This document shows positions 48,295 to 64,000 of a stretch of 64,000 nucleotides of DNA, one piece after another. Every line of letters begins with the position of its first letter. Within the stretch, counting starts at the first letter, position 1. This DNA comes from the human T2T-CHM13v2.0 reference genome, Homo sapiens. The DNA is taken from the NCBI RefSeq assembly GCF_009914755.1, contig NC_060947.1. One strand, given 5' to 3'. The notes below the pieces were generated by a model. It saw only the letters and a program-made list of their open reading frames with translations. It searched no databases and was not told where the DNA came from. Position numbers and translations under genes: made by a program.

Positions 48295-50917
48295 GGTCTA
48301 CGTCTTTCTGTAATCCAGAAAGTTGCTTTTGTTTGTATTGTTTTCTTATGGTATGCTTAATCAATTTGGTTGCTTTTAATCTAGACTTTAATTCTTTAGG
48401 AACAATTGTCTGCATGTTAGAGCTCAATCCTCTGTCCAACCTGCCATCATCTCATTGCTCTGTTATCTTTTTCCATTGCATTTCAGGAGAATTTCTCAAG
48501 TTTACCTTTTCCATCACTCATCCCATTCTCCCCAGTTTTAATACTTTTCTTTACTACATATAATGCATTTTTAGATTCCTCACATTTCATCCTTCTTCAG
48601 CAATCTCCCTTTGACTTTTTGCCTGCAGTCTCATTCAATAATATTTTTAATTTGCTTTTACTTCTCACTTTGTATTATATACTTCCTTACACAAAGCACA
48701 TTGTTATCAAAAATACTTATTTTTTTCTGTAGAAAACATACTTTTAAAATAAGTATTTTTCTTCCTCTGCCTCTTGAATACTATGTTCTCCATTTATGTT
48801 GTAGAATCTTTTCAGAAACCTTAAGTTTCTTTGTTCATTCCTGAACAAAGAGCAGTCTATCTAGGCTGGTGTTTTCCACAAAATAGGGTGGGTGGGTGGG
48901 TTTTCTTTCACTCCCTTCACCATCTATCCTAATGTTCTTAGATACCTCCTCTCTGGTTAATATAAATTCATGTAGAGTGGTCAAGAGAAGTAGGAAGGGA
49001 GCTGGAACCATGGGTAGTCCCCAGCAGGAAAAACTTCTAATTTTCCATATAAACATTTTATGAGTTGACCCAACCTCCACTCCAGGAAGAGTGGCCAGTC
49101 CTTTGTATGCCGTTGCCTGTTCCATCAGAGAAAAGCCCGAATGCAGGGCCTGCTTTGACTTCAGTGTGACTATATTTCTGGGTCTCCTAGTGACACTCTT
49201 AAGCCATCAATAGTTGTGAAAGTAAACCATGTGGAAACCCCTACAGGTTGTCCTAACCCCCAACTCGATTCTTGTCACTTTCTCGGGAAGTGAAATTGCA
49301 AGTTCGTTTGGGTATATTCTTTCAGTATCATCCCATCTGCACTATATCAGGTGGAAACTCTTCAAAGTTTGCAACATGAAGGTGGAACACCTCCCTGGCC
49401 TCCAGCATGAATTTAGTTTCTCCACATTTTAAAATTTTGCAGTGATTTCAATTGGGATTGTGGAGGTGGGGGTACATCTAAATACCAATGCTCAAGTTAT
49501 AATCTCACTCCAAATTCTTATTTTTTTCCTCTCACTTCATTTTTTGATAAATTTATGTTCCTATGGATACTGTGTTTATATAGGCGTATCTTATTTTAAG
49601 AAAACTCAAGTTATACAAACCTGAATCTCATTTAGCATGTTGAACATAAGAGATGGTCAATAAAGGTAAGTTGCATAAATGAATAACAAAAAAGATAAAT
49701 TACAGAGGGATGACTTCCAAAGAATTTTTTTGTATTACAAAAATATCATAAACCTATTTATAATCGATACTCAAGTTTTCATGACTAAATCTATGGTTTA
49801 AGATAAAATGCACCTGTATGGGCAATATAAGCATTCATAAAATTTAGTTTTACTTGTCTGCATAAGACATGATTTTATGATGCATGAAAATGGAAAGGGA
49901 AGTGGCTAGAATGCTAGAATGTTCACGTAGCTTTATCACTAATTAACTACATCACTGGTACAAACCACTTAAGCTCTTTGTTCACTGATTAACCTTTCAG
50001 CAAAAATTAGAAAATCAACACTTGCTAACCACAGTGATAACCACAGCACTATTTAAAGAATTAAGAAAATTATGTATATATAACAGCTTTGGAGAGAAAA
50101 TGAATGTATAAAAATACTGAATAATATATAAATCAGTGTAGGATGCAAAGCTGGAAGCTTGAAAATACTGTCAAAACCATATCTAAAATAGTCTTCACAT
50201 CCTTATGGAGTCTATTGCGCAAGCAATTAAAAAACACTTGATATTACTAAGAGAAGAGATTCCAAACCACTGTTTAAAATCAGACTTCCTGGAAAAATGA
50301 TACTAGGACTAGAAGAAAGGGGGTCACCCTATCCTGCAGAAATCACATTGCTAATCATGGAGTTTTATAAACTGAATCAAGAAAACTGACATTCAATATG
50401 AAAAATACAAAAGAAAAACACCTACCATATAAAAAATTATATATATGTGTGTTTTTTTGTGTGTATATATATACATATATGATTGTTCCTTTATCTTTTA
50501 TAATATTTTTCATTTATCACATACACACACACACACAGAAACACATATGTATGTACATATGTAGGTTCGGTACCCCATATCCGAAATTCTTGAGAACAGA
50601 GTGTTTCAGATGTTTTTCAGATTTTGGGATATTTGCATATACATAATGAGATATCCTGGGGATGGGACACAAGTCTAAATAAGAAATTCATTTATGTTTC
50701 ATACACACCTTATACACATAGCCTAAAGATAATTTTATGTACTATTTTTAATGATTTTGCACATGAAACAAAGTTGTGTACATTGAACCATCAGAAAGCA
50801 AAGGTGTCACTATCTCAGCCACTCATATGGACAATCTGTGGTTATTTGGCATAATCATCATTCCTGACTGAATTTATATGCTTTGGATAAGCAATAATTT
50901 TCTTACACTTATTCACA

Positions 50918-51275
50918 TGTGATATGGTTTGGATCTGTGTACCCACCCAAATTTCATGTCAAATTGTAATTCCCAATGTTGGAGGTGGGTCCTGATGGGA
51001 GGTGATTGGATCAAGGGGGTGGATTTCCCCCTCGGTACTGTCCTCACTATAGTGAGTTCTCATGAGATCTGGTTGTTTAAAGGTGTGTGGCACCTCCCCA
51101 CTCCTTTTCTTCCTGCTCCAGCCATGTGAAGTGCCTCACTCCCCCTTTGCCTTCTACCATGATTGGAAGCTTCCTGAGGCCTCCTTAGAAGCAGATGTGC
51201 CATGCTTCCTGTACAGCCTGCAGAACCATGAACCAACTAAACCTCTTTATAAATTACCTAGTCTCAGGTATTTCT
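50918..51275. mobile_element. ERVL-MaLR solo LTR (MSTA-like), followed by a partial antisense Alu (~51285-51458)
   Basis: TGATATGGTTTGGATCTGTGT.CCCACCCAAATTTCATG ... ATAAATTACCTAGTCTCAGGTATTTCTT. Confidence 0.85.
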
Positions 51276-51786
51276 TTTCCTTTCTTTCTTTTTTTTTTTT
51301 TTTTTGAGACAGAGTGTCGCTCTGTCGCCCAGGCTGGAGTGCAGCAGTGGTGCGATCTCGGCTCACTGCAACCTCCACCTCCAGGTTCAAGCAATTCCCC
51401 TGCCTCAGTCTCCTGAGTAGCTGGGATTACAGGTACGTGCCACCATGCCCAGCTAATTTATACACTCTATTTTTTTAGGTGAGAAGAAACATCAGAAGAA
51501 GTTGAGGGACCAGGAAGTAGGTCCTCTAGAGATGAGGAGGCATTCTGCTGGATGGCTTTCTTAAATGTTTCCTCCAGAGTTATCAGCCTCATTAATAGAG
51601 GTTTTTGTCTTATAAGTGCCCCTGATTTTATCAACTGACATGATTTCTTGTTCTGTTATGGATGCATATGGCTCTAGTCATCCAATAATCCCATCACAAT
51701 TTCACCACATCATCTATAGGCACTTTTTTTTACAGTTAGCAATGTCATCTTCATCATCACCTTGATTTAGAACCATTTCAGCTATT

Positions 51787-51850
51787 ATAGGTTGGTGCAA
51801 AAATAATTACAGTTTTTGCCATTGAAAGCAATGGCAAAATTTTTGCCATT
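51787..51850. mobile_element. MADE1 (Hsmar1-derived MITE) fragment
   Basis: TAGGTTGGTGCAAAAATAATTACAGTTTTTGCCATTGAAAGCAATGGCAAAA. Confidence 0.75.
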
Positions 51851-52559
51851 TCTTTGCTTGTTTCATAATCAGCATACCATTAAATGGCACGTGTTCACTG
51901 TGATACTGATGGACTCACTCTTTCAATACATGTTTGAGACCTTCATTTTTAGCTTTATGCACTGTTTTTCTATTTTTCATTAATAACCTCTATACATCAC
52001 TTTTGTATAGAACTTCAACTGTTTATCATTCTGTTTCTTCAGGTCATATATAGTGGTCACTCCAACACCATACTCTCCTGTAAGATGCTTCACAGTTACA
52101 CTGCTGTCCAGTTTCTCCCACAGCTTGACTTTCTATGCTATGGATACACATAAATCCTTCCTCTTACCCATAGGGCTATCTTCAGACCTATTTGACATTT
52201 TCAACAATATCTTTACACCACAGAGCAGAGAATAAGCAAAAATACACAATGAGTAATGCACGAAGGTCTTGGTCCTACACGGGGAATTGTGGGGAACGTG
52301 CCGTTGGCATATCCAGCCTGCACATGTGCCATTTTATTACACTTTGTAGGCATGCTTGTTTGGGGGAATCTGGACATGTGCAAAGAATCTATACTGTAGG
52401 TGAAGGGGGTTGGAAGGGCTTTTTCTTCCCTTGGGATGCTGAATAAACTGTGTTGTGCACTTGTGTTTTGACTGTGACCCATCACATGAGGGCAGGTGTG
52501 GAATTTTCCACTTGTGGCATCATGTCAGCACTCAAAAAGTTTTCAGATTTGGTATACTC

Positions 52560-52562
<3 letters not shown>

Positions 52563-52608
<46 letters not shown>
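52563..52608. repeat. (GT)n microsatellite, ~23 units
   Basis: Pure GT repeat. Confidence 0.97.
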
Positions 52609-52613
<5 letters not shown>

Positions 52614-55600
52614 TAGCAGGAATAATATGAGAACCAAGGCAAAAACACTCCTTCATGCCATCATTTTGCAATATTTTTTAAAAGCTGGATTCCATGCAAA
52701 AGAGTCAGAAGAAAGATGCTTGGATATGATGCCCTTTATGTTCTCCTCCAGTCCAAAGAATTTGTTCTATAATTCTAGTAATTACCCAATAAATTGGACC
52801 TCCCAGTACATTGGATGATTTTAATGGGATTTTAATGATCCCAAAGTATGTTATTTATTTCCCACAAGTGCATCACCAACCAAGGTCACAAAATGGGTAC
52901 TTCCATTACTAATGGAAAATAATACAAACCAAACCAGCCACAGAATACCTGCTAAGTTCAAAGCTCTGTGCTGTGGATACAACACTCAATAAGACAATCT
53001 CTCCAGCTACAAAGAGTACACAGTCAAGTAAGGGGAATAAGACTATATGCAAATAACTGCAAAACAGAGTATGGTACCTCCAAATAATGATAATGCATTG
53101 GAGATAAAAGCTAAAAGCCATTAGGAAAGACTTAATAATATTGTAGCTCCGTATATATTGCCAAGTTGTCTTCCATGTGTCAGGCGTTGTGCTAAGCTCT
53201 GAGAATTCAAAGCTAAATAAAATAGCCAACACTGATTAAGTACTTATAATGGGTCAGGCATTGTATTAAGTACTTTTATACTCTTATCTCATTTACTCCT
53301 CACAAAACACCAATAAAGTAGGTAATACTGTGATTCTCATTTTATAGAATTCAAGATTTGGGAGGTTAAGTAATCTACACACAGTCTCAAAGTAAGAGAA
53401 TGAGACAGCTGGGAACACAAGATGCCTAGCCTCAGAGGCCACAAGCTTAACCACTATGCCCTGAACTGCCACAAAATCTCCACTCACTCCTGCTCAGTGG
53501 AGGACACAGAGAAGAGTAATAAGGGTTTATGAAAATGCTCCAAAAGGAGAGGGAATTGCCAGTCACCTGAAAGTATTAAGCAGAAGGCATCATGGTGGAG
53601 GTAACATCTGAAATGGGTCTTCAATGGGCTGAAAGACGGAGTAAGTGGACAAGAAGGGAAGGGCATTCTCTGCAAAGGGGAACAGCATGTGCAAAGTTAT
53701 GGGAGCATAGGAGTGTTCGGTATGTGGGGTACTGCAAGTCATTTTGTGTGGCTAAGGGTTGAGTGGTGATGGGGGAGCAAAGGAGATGAGACTACAAAGG
53801 TACAAGAGCCAAAATATAGGTGGTCCCTAAGCCATGCAAAGGAGGTCAAAGGAGTCTAAACATTTTAGAAAGTTAACTCTGTAGCAGAGTGGGCAGTTGA
53901 GAAAGGGAATTATATTGAAGGCAGGGATGCCTTCAACGGAGGCTACTCTCCAGGTGAAAGATGAACTAGGATGGCAGCAGTGGCCATGGAAAGAAGCAGA
54001 CTGATGAAAGGGAGATTTCAGAGGGAGACGAGAGGACTTAGGTCAACTGATCAGTGTTGGGAGAGGGGTGGGTAATGGCAGTTCTCTTATTTGTGTAAGC
54101 ATACACAAAAATATATCATTTAGTAAGTTAACATTTAGAAGTAACTCAAATAATAAGCCAGTGTGGCTTAGTCTCAGCATGGTAGTATATTCAAAGAAAA
54201 GGCCCAGCAACTAATAGCAATTGAAAATCCTGTTTCATCTTCACTTAGACCTCCAAGGAAAATCTAAAGGTGATCCAATTTATGCTGCACATCCACACTT
54301 CTCCCCCAAAAAAGCCTTTTCTCTCTTTTTCGATTCTCACGAGTTTCACATTTCATCACCATCAGTGCTCTCCCACTCATACTCTCTCTCCCTCCTATCC
54401 ACTTCTTCCTTTCCTATATCCCACAAAGCATAAGAACAACTGAAAAAGTCAGAAGAATCCTTAGAGGATGGAGGTGGAGAAAAGTGGAGTGAGCAAAGAC
54501 AAATTTTTGTTTAGCAGGCAGGGTATGTGGAAAAGGAGAAAGCTGGGAACACACAATAATATTATCTCCATTACCTACCCATAAGAACCAAAGCTTCAAT
54601 TCATAAAGCTGACTGTAAAAGCCAAGTAGACCAGAACTGAAAATAGTTTTAATATGTAAAACTATTAAAATATGATATTTTTGATATGTAAATATAAATG
54701 CAAAAATAAATGCTTTGAAATTCTGAATGAAAAATATCAACAAGTAGAATCAAAGAGAAATAATAAAATGCATGCAAAACATATTTCATATTTTAAGCCA
54801 AAAAAAGGGGGGAACATGGTAGACTGCAAAGGAAGTACAATTTCAACTAAACATAAAAGGACCTGCATGAAATTTCTAGAACCTAGAGGATCATGGTATA
54901 AAATCTATGAGTACAGTTATGAATAATAGGCATGTAAATACAGTTGTAGCAGCCTATTACTGACTGCTATTAGTTCAGAATAATGAAAAAATAAAATAAT
55001 TTAAAAGGTAGTTATTTATCACCTTTCCTCCTAAAAGACCATTAAGTAAATTTGCTAAAATAGAAGAGACATGACAAAATCTTTTGTTTAAACAATATAT
55101 GATTTTATGAACTACCCTAATTTCAACATAAATGGTGCCCAGAACAATTGGAAAGAGCAATACAATGATAGCTTAATAGCTGCTTTTTAGAACTCACTGG
55201 GCTCAGTGGTAGCATCTCCAAATTTATTCTTCTGGAAAATCCCAGAATTTTTCCCAAAGAAAAATGCAAGAATCCTGTAGCACAAATGAGCATTGGGATA
55301 GTCCCAGCTTATGCTTCACTTCCCCTAGGAAAACTGCTCTCCCCACCCCATGTAAGGAAATAATTCTTCGTGACTACTATGACCTGGGCATTTGACATGC
55401 ATTACCCATTTGATACTCACGGCAACTCTAAGGTGGGTTTTGTTATTCCCACTTGACAGATGAGGGAATTCAGGCTAAGAGAGGTTAAAAACATGGCCAG
55501 GATGAAATAGGTAATAGATGGTAAATCCAGGTTCTAAACCTCAGTCTAACTGAAAAGCCTTGTTCTTTCTACTATACCAAAGAGCCTCTCATTAAGGAGG

Positions 55601-55756
55601 TATTGCAGGCAGGCCATGTTTCCAAAGAACACCCTAGACACTGCACACAGAGTTAATTTCAGACAACACTCCATTTGGAGAGACATATATACCCTGGGTC
55701 CAGCCCTAGGGGAAAGGGGAAGGGGAAAGGCCCTAGTAATAATAATATCAATGATG

Positions 55757-56178
<422 letters not shown>

Positions 56179-56894
56179 TCACAATAGAAGATGAATAAAA
56201 ATGGATGAAAGTAAAGAGAATGAGGATGAAGAGACAGAAGTCCAATAAAAGAGAAAAGAAAACAGAAAAAAGGTAAAAAAATAAAAATAAAAATAAAATT
56301 AAAAAAAAAAAACACCAGAAGGGAAGGGACAAGAAGGTTGAGAGAGATGGAATAAAAGAAAAGGAAATGGGACAACATTGAAAAAAGAATGGAGATAAGC
56401 ATTTCTTCATATCTTTGAATAATGTGGTGTTATTAACATCTTAAAGTATTTTAAAACCTCTGAAGGAGGTTAGAAGAGTAATTTGAAAAAACTGAAGCAG
56501 AATGTTTTAAAGTAAAGGGATATCAAACCAGAGGACTAAAAAGGACTGTAAAATGCCCAGAAATCTGTTATAGTATATTATTACATGAATTTGCTACACT
56601 TTGTTTATATACACATTGTCAAAGCTGCGCCTCAAATCTTAAATCTCAAACAGTAAGCTAGATTCCAGGGCAGATGCACCATAAGATTCCGTTTATCTGA
56701 AATCTGAGAAAAAAATGAAAGACTAAGCTATGGTGATAGAAGTCAGAACAATGGGAAAGGGCTAAACGAATTGGGGGAATAAGGGAACCTCCTGAGGCAA
56801 CAGAGACGTCTAGACGGTGTCTGGGGTGGTGGTTACACAGATGCATACATTTGTCACAACTAATGGAATTGTATACTTAAAATAGGCTCATTTT

Positions 56895-57221
<327 letters not shown>

Positions 57222-57461
57222 TTATACCTCAATAAAGTTGATTTTAAGAATTAAAATGAAGTTTACCTCAATAAATGAGGACTCAAACAGCAAAATCCTA
57301 AAGAACACAGTTATTCTGTATCCTGAACATGGTGGTGGTTACATGAATCTATATATGGGATAAGATTCCACAGGACTGTTAAACTAAGGGGGAAAAAGTG
57401 AGTGCATGTAAAAACTGGTGAAATCCAAATAAAGTTTGCGGTTTAGTTAATAGTATTATAC

Positions 57462-58076
57462 TGTAAACCAAAAATAAAATTCTAAGCCCCCCAGCCATCT
57501 GAACAGATCCCTCCTCTAGGCCAAGGACATTCCCAAGTTAGCCTGAAAAACTAGTTTCAGGCCATGATGGGAAGGGGGAACCAGACATTCCTTATTATAC
57601 CCTCCTCCCTTTTGGAATTCAGGAAAAGTTGACCAGCATTATCGTCAACACAGACCTTAAGTCTGATAAGAAACATTTACAATCTATTCTGTCTGAAGCC
57701 TGCTTCCTGGAGGCTGCATCTGCATGATAAAACGTTGGTCTCCACAAGCCCTTATCATAACCCAGACATTCCTTTATATTGATAATAACTCCTTCAACCA
57801 ATTGCCAATCAGAAAATCTTTGAATCTGCCTGTGACTTGGAAGCCTCTCCCCGGCTTTGTGTTGGCCCGCCTTTCCAGATCAAACCAATGTACATCTTAC
57901 ATATATTGATTGATGTATTATGTCTCACTAAAAATGTATGAAAGCAAGCTGTACCCCGACCACCTTGGGCACATGTCGTCAGGACCTCCTCAGGCTGTCA
58001 CAGGCACATCCTTAACCTTGGCAAAATAAACTTTCTAAATTGATTGAGACCTGTCTCAGATACTTTGGGGTTCACA
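57462..58076 (+). mobile_element. ERV1 solo LTR (MER4 group)
   Basis: TGTAAACCAAAAATAAAATTCTAAGCCCCCC ... GCAAAATAAACTTTCTAAATTGATTGAGACCTGTCTCAGATACTTTGGGGTTCACA; TG...CA ends. Confidence 0.85.
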
Positions 58077-58785
58077 ATGCCAATGCTGATTTCCTGCATT
58101 TTTGTTCTTGTTTTACCATGTTGCAGAAGGTAAAATCCTGGTTTTGATAAGGTATATCAAACTGTTATATAAGATGTTATCATCGGGGAAAGCTGTGAAA
58201 AGGGTATTCAGGAACTCTCTGTACTATTTTTGTGACTTTTTGTGAGTCCAAAATTACTTTAAAAAAAATTTTTTTAAGAATACAGCTAGATTATATGGTC
58301 TATGGCATTTGTGCTATCACCCACCATCAGCGTTACAAAAAGTGAGTTTACCATAGGGCAGAGTCCTGCAAATACAAAATAAAGGAAGGTAAATAATTTT
58401 TTTTTTAATATTTCAAATAAACTTGCAGCTGGTTTGAACTCGGGGGGGAAGAATACATAAATAACCATGACTTTTATAGATTAAAAGTTCAGAACAAAAT
58501 ATAAATCAGCCTAAAATTTAAGTCAACAAGTCAAATAGTGACTATCAGTTTCTTCCTAATTTGTGAACTAAAATCTTATAAATGACAAGGATTTTATGTT
58601 CAAAATAACTATAATTAGTGTGCACAGAGGATGAGGCAGCAAGAGGGTAGTCATCTGTAAGACAAGAAGAGAGGCCTCAGGAGAAACCAACCCTGCCAGC
58701 ACCTTGACCTTGGACTTCCAGCCTCCAGAACTGTGAGAAAAAAAATTTCTGTTTAAGCCACCCAGTCTGTAGTATTTTGTTATGG

Positions 58786-59831
<1,046 letters not shown>

Positions 59832-59859
59832 ATGGCAACCCAAACAAACTAATATTTTA

Positions 59860-60545
59860 AGCTGTAATTTATATACCATAAAATTTACTACTTTTAAGCA
59901 TACAGTTCAATGGCTTTTTGTAAATTTACAGAGCTGTGTAATCATCACCACAATCCAGTTTAAAACATTTCTATCACTTCCCCCACAAAAGTCCCCTCTC
60001 CCACCATCAGCCCCAGTCAACTGCTGATCTGCTTTTTCCTATGTATTTGCCTTTTCTAGGATTTCATATATATGGAATCATATAATAGGAAGTCTTCTGT
60101 GTCTGGCTTCTTTTACTTAGTGTAATGTTTTTGAGGTTCACCCATGTTGTAACATATATATCATTAGGTTTCTTTATTGTTGTATAGTTTTCATTATGTA
60201 GATATACCATATTTTGTTTATCCATTATTACTTAAGGGACATTTGGGTTGTTCCCTGTTTTTTGGCTACTACGAATAATGATGCTATAAACATTTCACAC
60301 AGAAGTTTTTGTGTGAACATGTTTTAATTTCTTTTAGATGGATACATAGAAGTGGAATTACTGGGTCATGCAGCAAGTATATGTTTAACTAAGAAACTGT
60401 CAAACTGTCTTTCAAAATGGCAGCACCATTTTACATTCCTACCAGGAATGTATGAAGGTTCTAGTTTCTCTACATGATCACCGACACTTAGTGGTAAGAG
60501 TCTTAAAATTATAGCCATTCTAATGGGGATGTAGTGGTACCTACA
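59860..60545 (-). mobile_element. Old LINE-1 (L1M) 3' fragment
   Basis: ATGGAATCATATAATA..GTCTGGCTTCTTTTACTTAG..GGACATTTGGGTTGTT..CCATTTTACATTCCTACCAG, typical antisense L1M 3' end. Confidence 0.8.
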
Positions 60546-61384
60546 AAAGTTAAAGTTCAAAAAGACAATTTTAACTTTGGACTAATCAGAATAAGCCACA
60601 GGCCTAGTTACTGATAAAAAGTTTTGGCCTGAGGGAAGGGCCTTAAAATGTTGTCAAATAGCTAAATTCTAGGTTTTAGAAAAGAGGGAAGGAAGAACTC
60701 TCTTCTTTAGTAAAAGGCTCATTTATGATTCTCATTCTTTTTATTCCAAAAACATTTATTCCAGACTTGGGGATTATTTTTATTAAGTGCCTTTTGAATT
60801 TCAAAAGAAGATTAAAGAAACCTACATAATACAATGAAATTGGAAGCTTTATCACTTTAATATAAATTTAAAGACTAAGTGTTTTATTCTTAGTGACAAA
60901 TGCAGAATGCATAGTTGAGAATTTGGGGTATGACATGGTTGATTTCAGGCAAGATTTTTTATTTCTTCTCTAAAACTAAATAGCTGAAGATCTGTGTACT
61001 TGTGATGTAAAACATGGGATTAAAACGGCAAATGTATTGCAATTACGTTGTCTTATAATTATACATGTTGGTGTCTTTTATGACATGGTAATAGCAAGAG
61101 TCAGATAATCTGAGAATTATATAAACCTATAGAAAGATTTCCATTTGAAATTTCGGGTATGGTTTAATGGTATATCTAATGTATTTTCCAGTTTTTTTAA
61201 AAGCTTAATTGTATTTTATTTTTATATATTCTGATTATATTTTATAACATTCCTAACTGGCTTTAGGCAAAACTTCAAGAATCTGTATTTACGTATTGTT
61301 CTTTGTTAAGCAAGTGAAATTATAATGTACCTGATCATTCGTTAATCCTACCGCAGGAAAATTAAAAATTCTAGCTAGTACTGG

Positions 61385-61947
61385 GTAAGAAAGAGAAAAG
61401 TAGCCCCTGACATCCAGGAGCCGGCCTATACTATCAGCTGGTCTTGGTGCTGTTACAAGCTGGCCTGGCATCCACAGCTAGGCCTTGGTGTTCTCCTGCT
61501 AAACAAGAATAATTTCAGAGACCACCAACATCAGACAAGGCCACTCTGTGACCGTGACGGATCAAGACAAAACCAAGACCACTCCACAGTCACATCTAAA
61601 CACAGAAAATGAACCTTGTCCAGCCATGAAATGTCAAACATCCCCCTCTCCTGGCTCACAGAAGTGACAGCTGCTTCTCTCCCAATTATAGGTATAGACT
61701 CACTCTAGTCTGTTCTCTCCCTCTGAGATTTATTAAGATACCCAGTTGTAGATGTACCCCTACTTCCTGATAGCACCCAATCCAGAGCAAAGCCCTGCTT
61801 CCTTAATCACTCCCCACAATTACTTAACACAAGCCCAAATCCTATAATAAGCCTTTTCTAACACCTGCTTCATTAGACATCCCACAGTTGCTTAGGGTAT
61901 GTTTTTTCCCTTGCTGCAAATGAATAATAAACTAACTTGTTTAATCT
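61385..61947 (+). mobile_element. ERV1 LTR fragment (MER31-like) ending in poly(A)
   Basis: AGAGAAAAGTAGCCCCTGACATCCAGGAG...CAACATCAGACAAGGCCACTCTGTGACC; AATAAA 61926-61931 then A17; family from memory. Confidence 0.6.
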
Positions 61948-63245
61948 AAAAAAAAAAAAAAAAATCAAGATGACCCAGGGGACCAAATTATATTTTAAAA
62001 ATTTATTTTTATATTGTTCAAATCATAGAGTCACACAGCTACATAAATAATCAGCTACATAAATAATCAGCTCATTACAAGCTCGATGTCAATTAATGTA
62101 AGTGATTAAAATTCAATTGTGCGGTCAGTAGTTTTGATTATAACCATTATGTTTACAATAGATGGAAAAAAAAAGAAATAATATTTTCAAATGTATGCAT
62201 ATCCCATAAGATCAACTTTTATCTTGCCACTTACTATAACTGAGTCATTTGTGAAATAGCAAACAAATTAGGCTAACTAGGAGCTGTTGACAAATGAAAA
62301 ATGAGAGCAAAATTGTAGAGTCTATGTAAATGGGGCTTAACTTCCAGACGAAAGTCATATAAAAACATTCAGTCATTTGTATATTTCTAAATATTCCAAC
62401 GTTTTATAAAAGCAGCTAACTATAGATCTTATACAGCCACCATAGCGTAGCATAAACTGCTAAATGCCAAATTTCAATTAATAATGAAGTAGTGGGTGCC
62501 TGATGTAATTAGAGAGTCCTAGGCCATTAGATCCAGGGTCTGGGCTCAGTTCTAGGATAAACAAGCTGAATTTGACTTTAGTCAAGTTTTAGACGTAAAT
62601 TGCCAGAGGTAAAAGGGCCTTACAGATCAGCTAGCCAAGTCCTGCATTATAGTTAAGGAAACTGAGGCTCAGAGAGGTAAAGTGACTAAGCCACAATCAC
62701 ACATATAGTTAATGGCGGGACCAGAACCAGAATCAGTGCCTCCAACACCCAGTCTCAGACTCTGGTTCCTGCTCCATTTCTCCTTGAGAATGATTCTTCA
62801 TTTATATGATGAGGACAACCGTCTATATTTGCTTCCTACTCATGGAGGTACTGGGATGATGACTGGAAATAACTGGCGTGAGTGATGCATTTTGTGACTT
62901 GGACAGTGTTCGTGTTCTGTGTTCAGACAGTTATGATTATGGAATAGTCTTGTTTTTGTCTTGGCCCCATCATAGTCTGCTTTTATTTAAATGAATTCAA
63001 TGAAATAACGAAGTCTTTGAAGGGTGGGTGCAGTATTAAGCAAAATTCTTTTGCCTGTTTTTAGAAATTCTCCCAATGCTACGGGTTTTAAGCAAGTAGT
63101 ACACACACTGTGTTTCTCGGTGGAAACAGTATTGGCATTTGAGGTAGAACAATTTTTCCCCAATGTAGGGTTGCCTTCCCCACACTGCAGGATATAAAAT
63201 ATACACTTGGCCCCTGGATACTCAATGGTAGCAGCACCTCCTGGT

Positions 63246-63936
<691 letters not shown>

Positions 63937-64000
63937 CTCCTGATCATTGTGACAACTCAAAACACCTCCACATATTTCCAAATACCTTGCTAGGTTGAGA

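Larger units (their letters stand above)
50562..52562. mobile_element. Tigger4/MER46 (Zombi)-like Tc1-mariner DNA transposon with nested insertions
   Basis: Left end TAGGTTCGGTACCCCATATCCGAAATTCTTG...TTTCAGATTTTGGGATATTTGCAT; right end AAAAGTTTCAGATTTGG..ATACTCAAC; family from memory. Confidence 0.7.

Noticed and set aside
62036-62072. 16-bp tandem repeat CAGCTACATAAATAAT x2.3
   Set aside because: Simple micro-duplication with no spacers; not CRISPR-like and with no functional signal.

Overview
Primate (human-like) repeat-rich genomic DNA. The minus strand carries six consecutive internal coding exons of EFHC2, the X-linked DM10-domain ciliary microtubule-inner protein. The exons join in frame, but one of them (7111-7224) ends in a non-canonical AAG|GGAAGG donor. 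The introns hold a full-length dead L1PA, about 25 Alus, several solo LTRs and DNA transposons (MER53, Tigger4, MER96B, MER5, MADE1). The stand-out feature is an intronless TATDN2 retrocopy on the plus strand inside a large EFHC2 intron, which I recognise as the locus named TATDN2P1. It is clearly diverged from its parent, yet it keeps an uninterrupted 652-codon ORF (42601-44559) with all six TatD metal-ligand positions and a strong Kozak ATG. It also has an ATG-free leader of about 890 nt, a CpG/ETS-rich and recently duplicated promoter-like module, and a polyA signal. It therefore looks like a functional retrogene rather than a pseudogene. Repeat subfamily names and parent-protein comparisons are from memory, not from searches; repeat boundaries are approximate.
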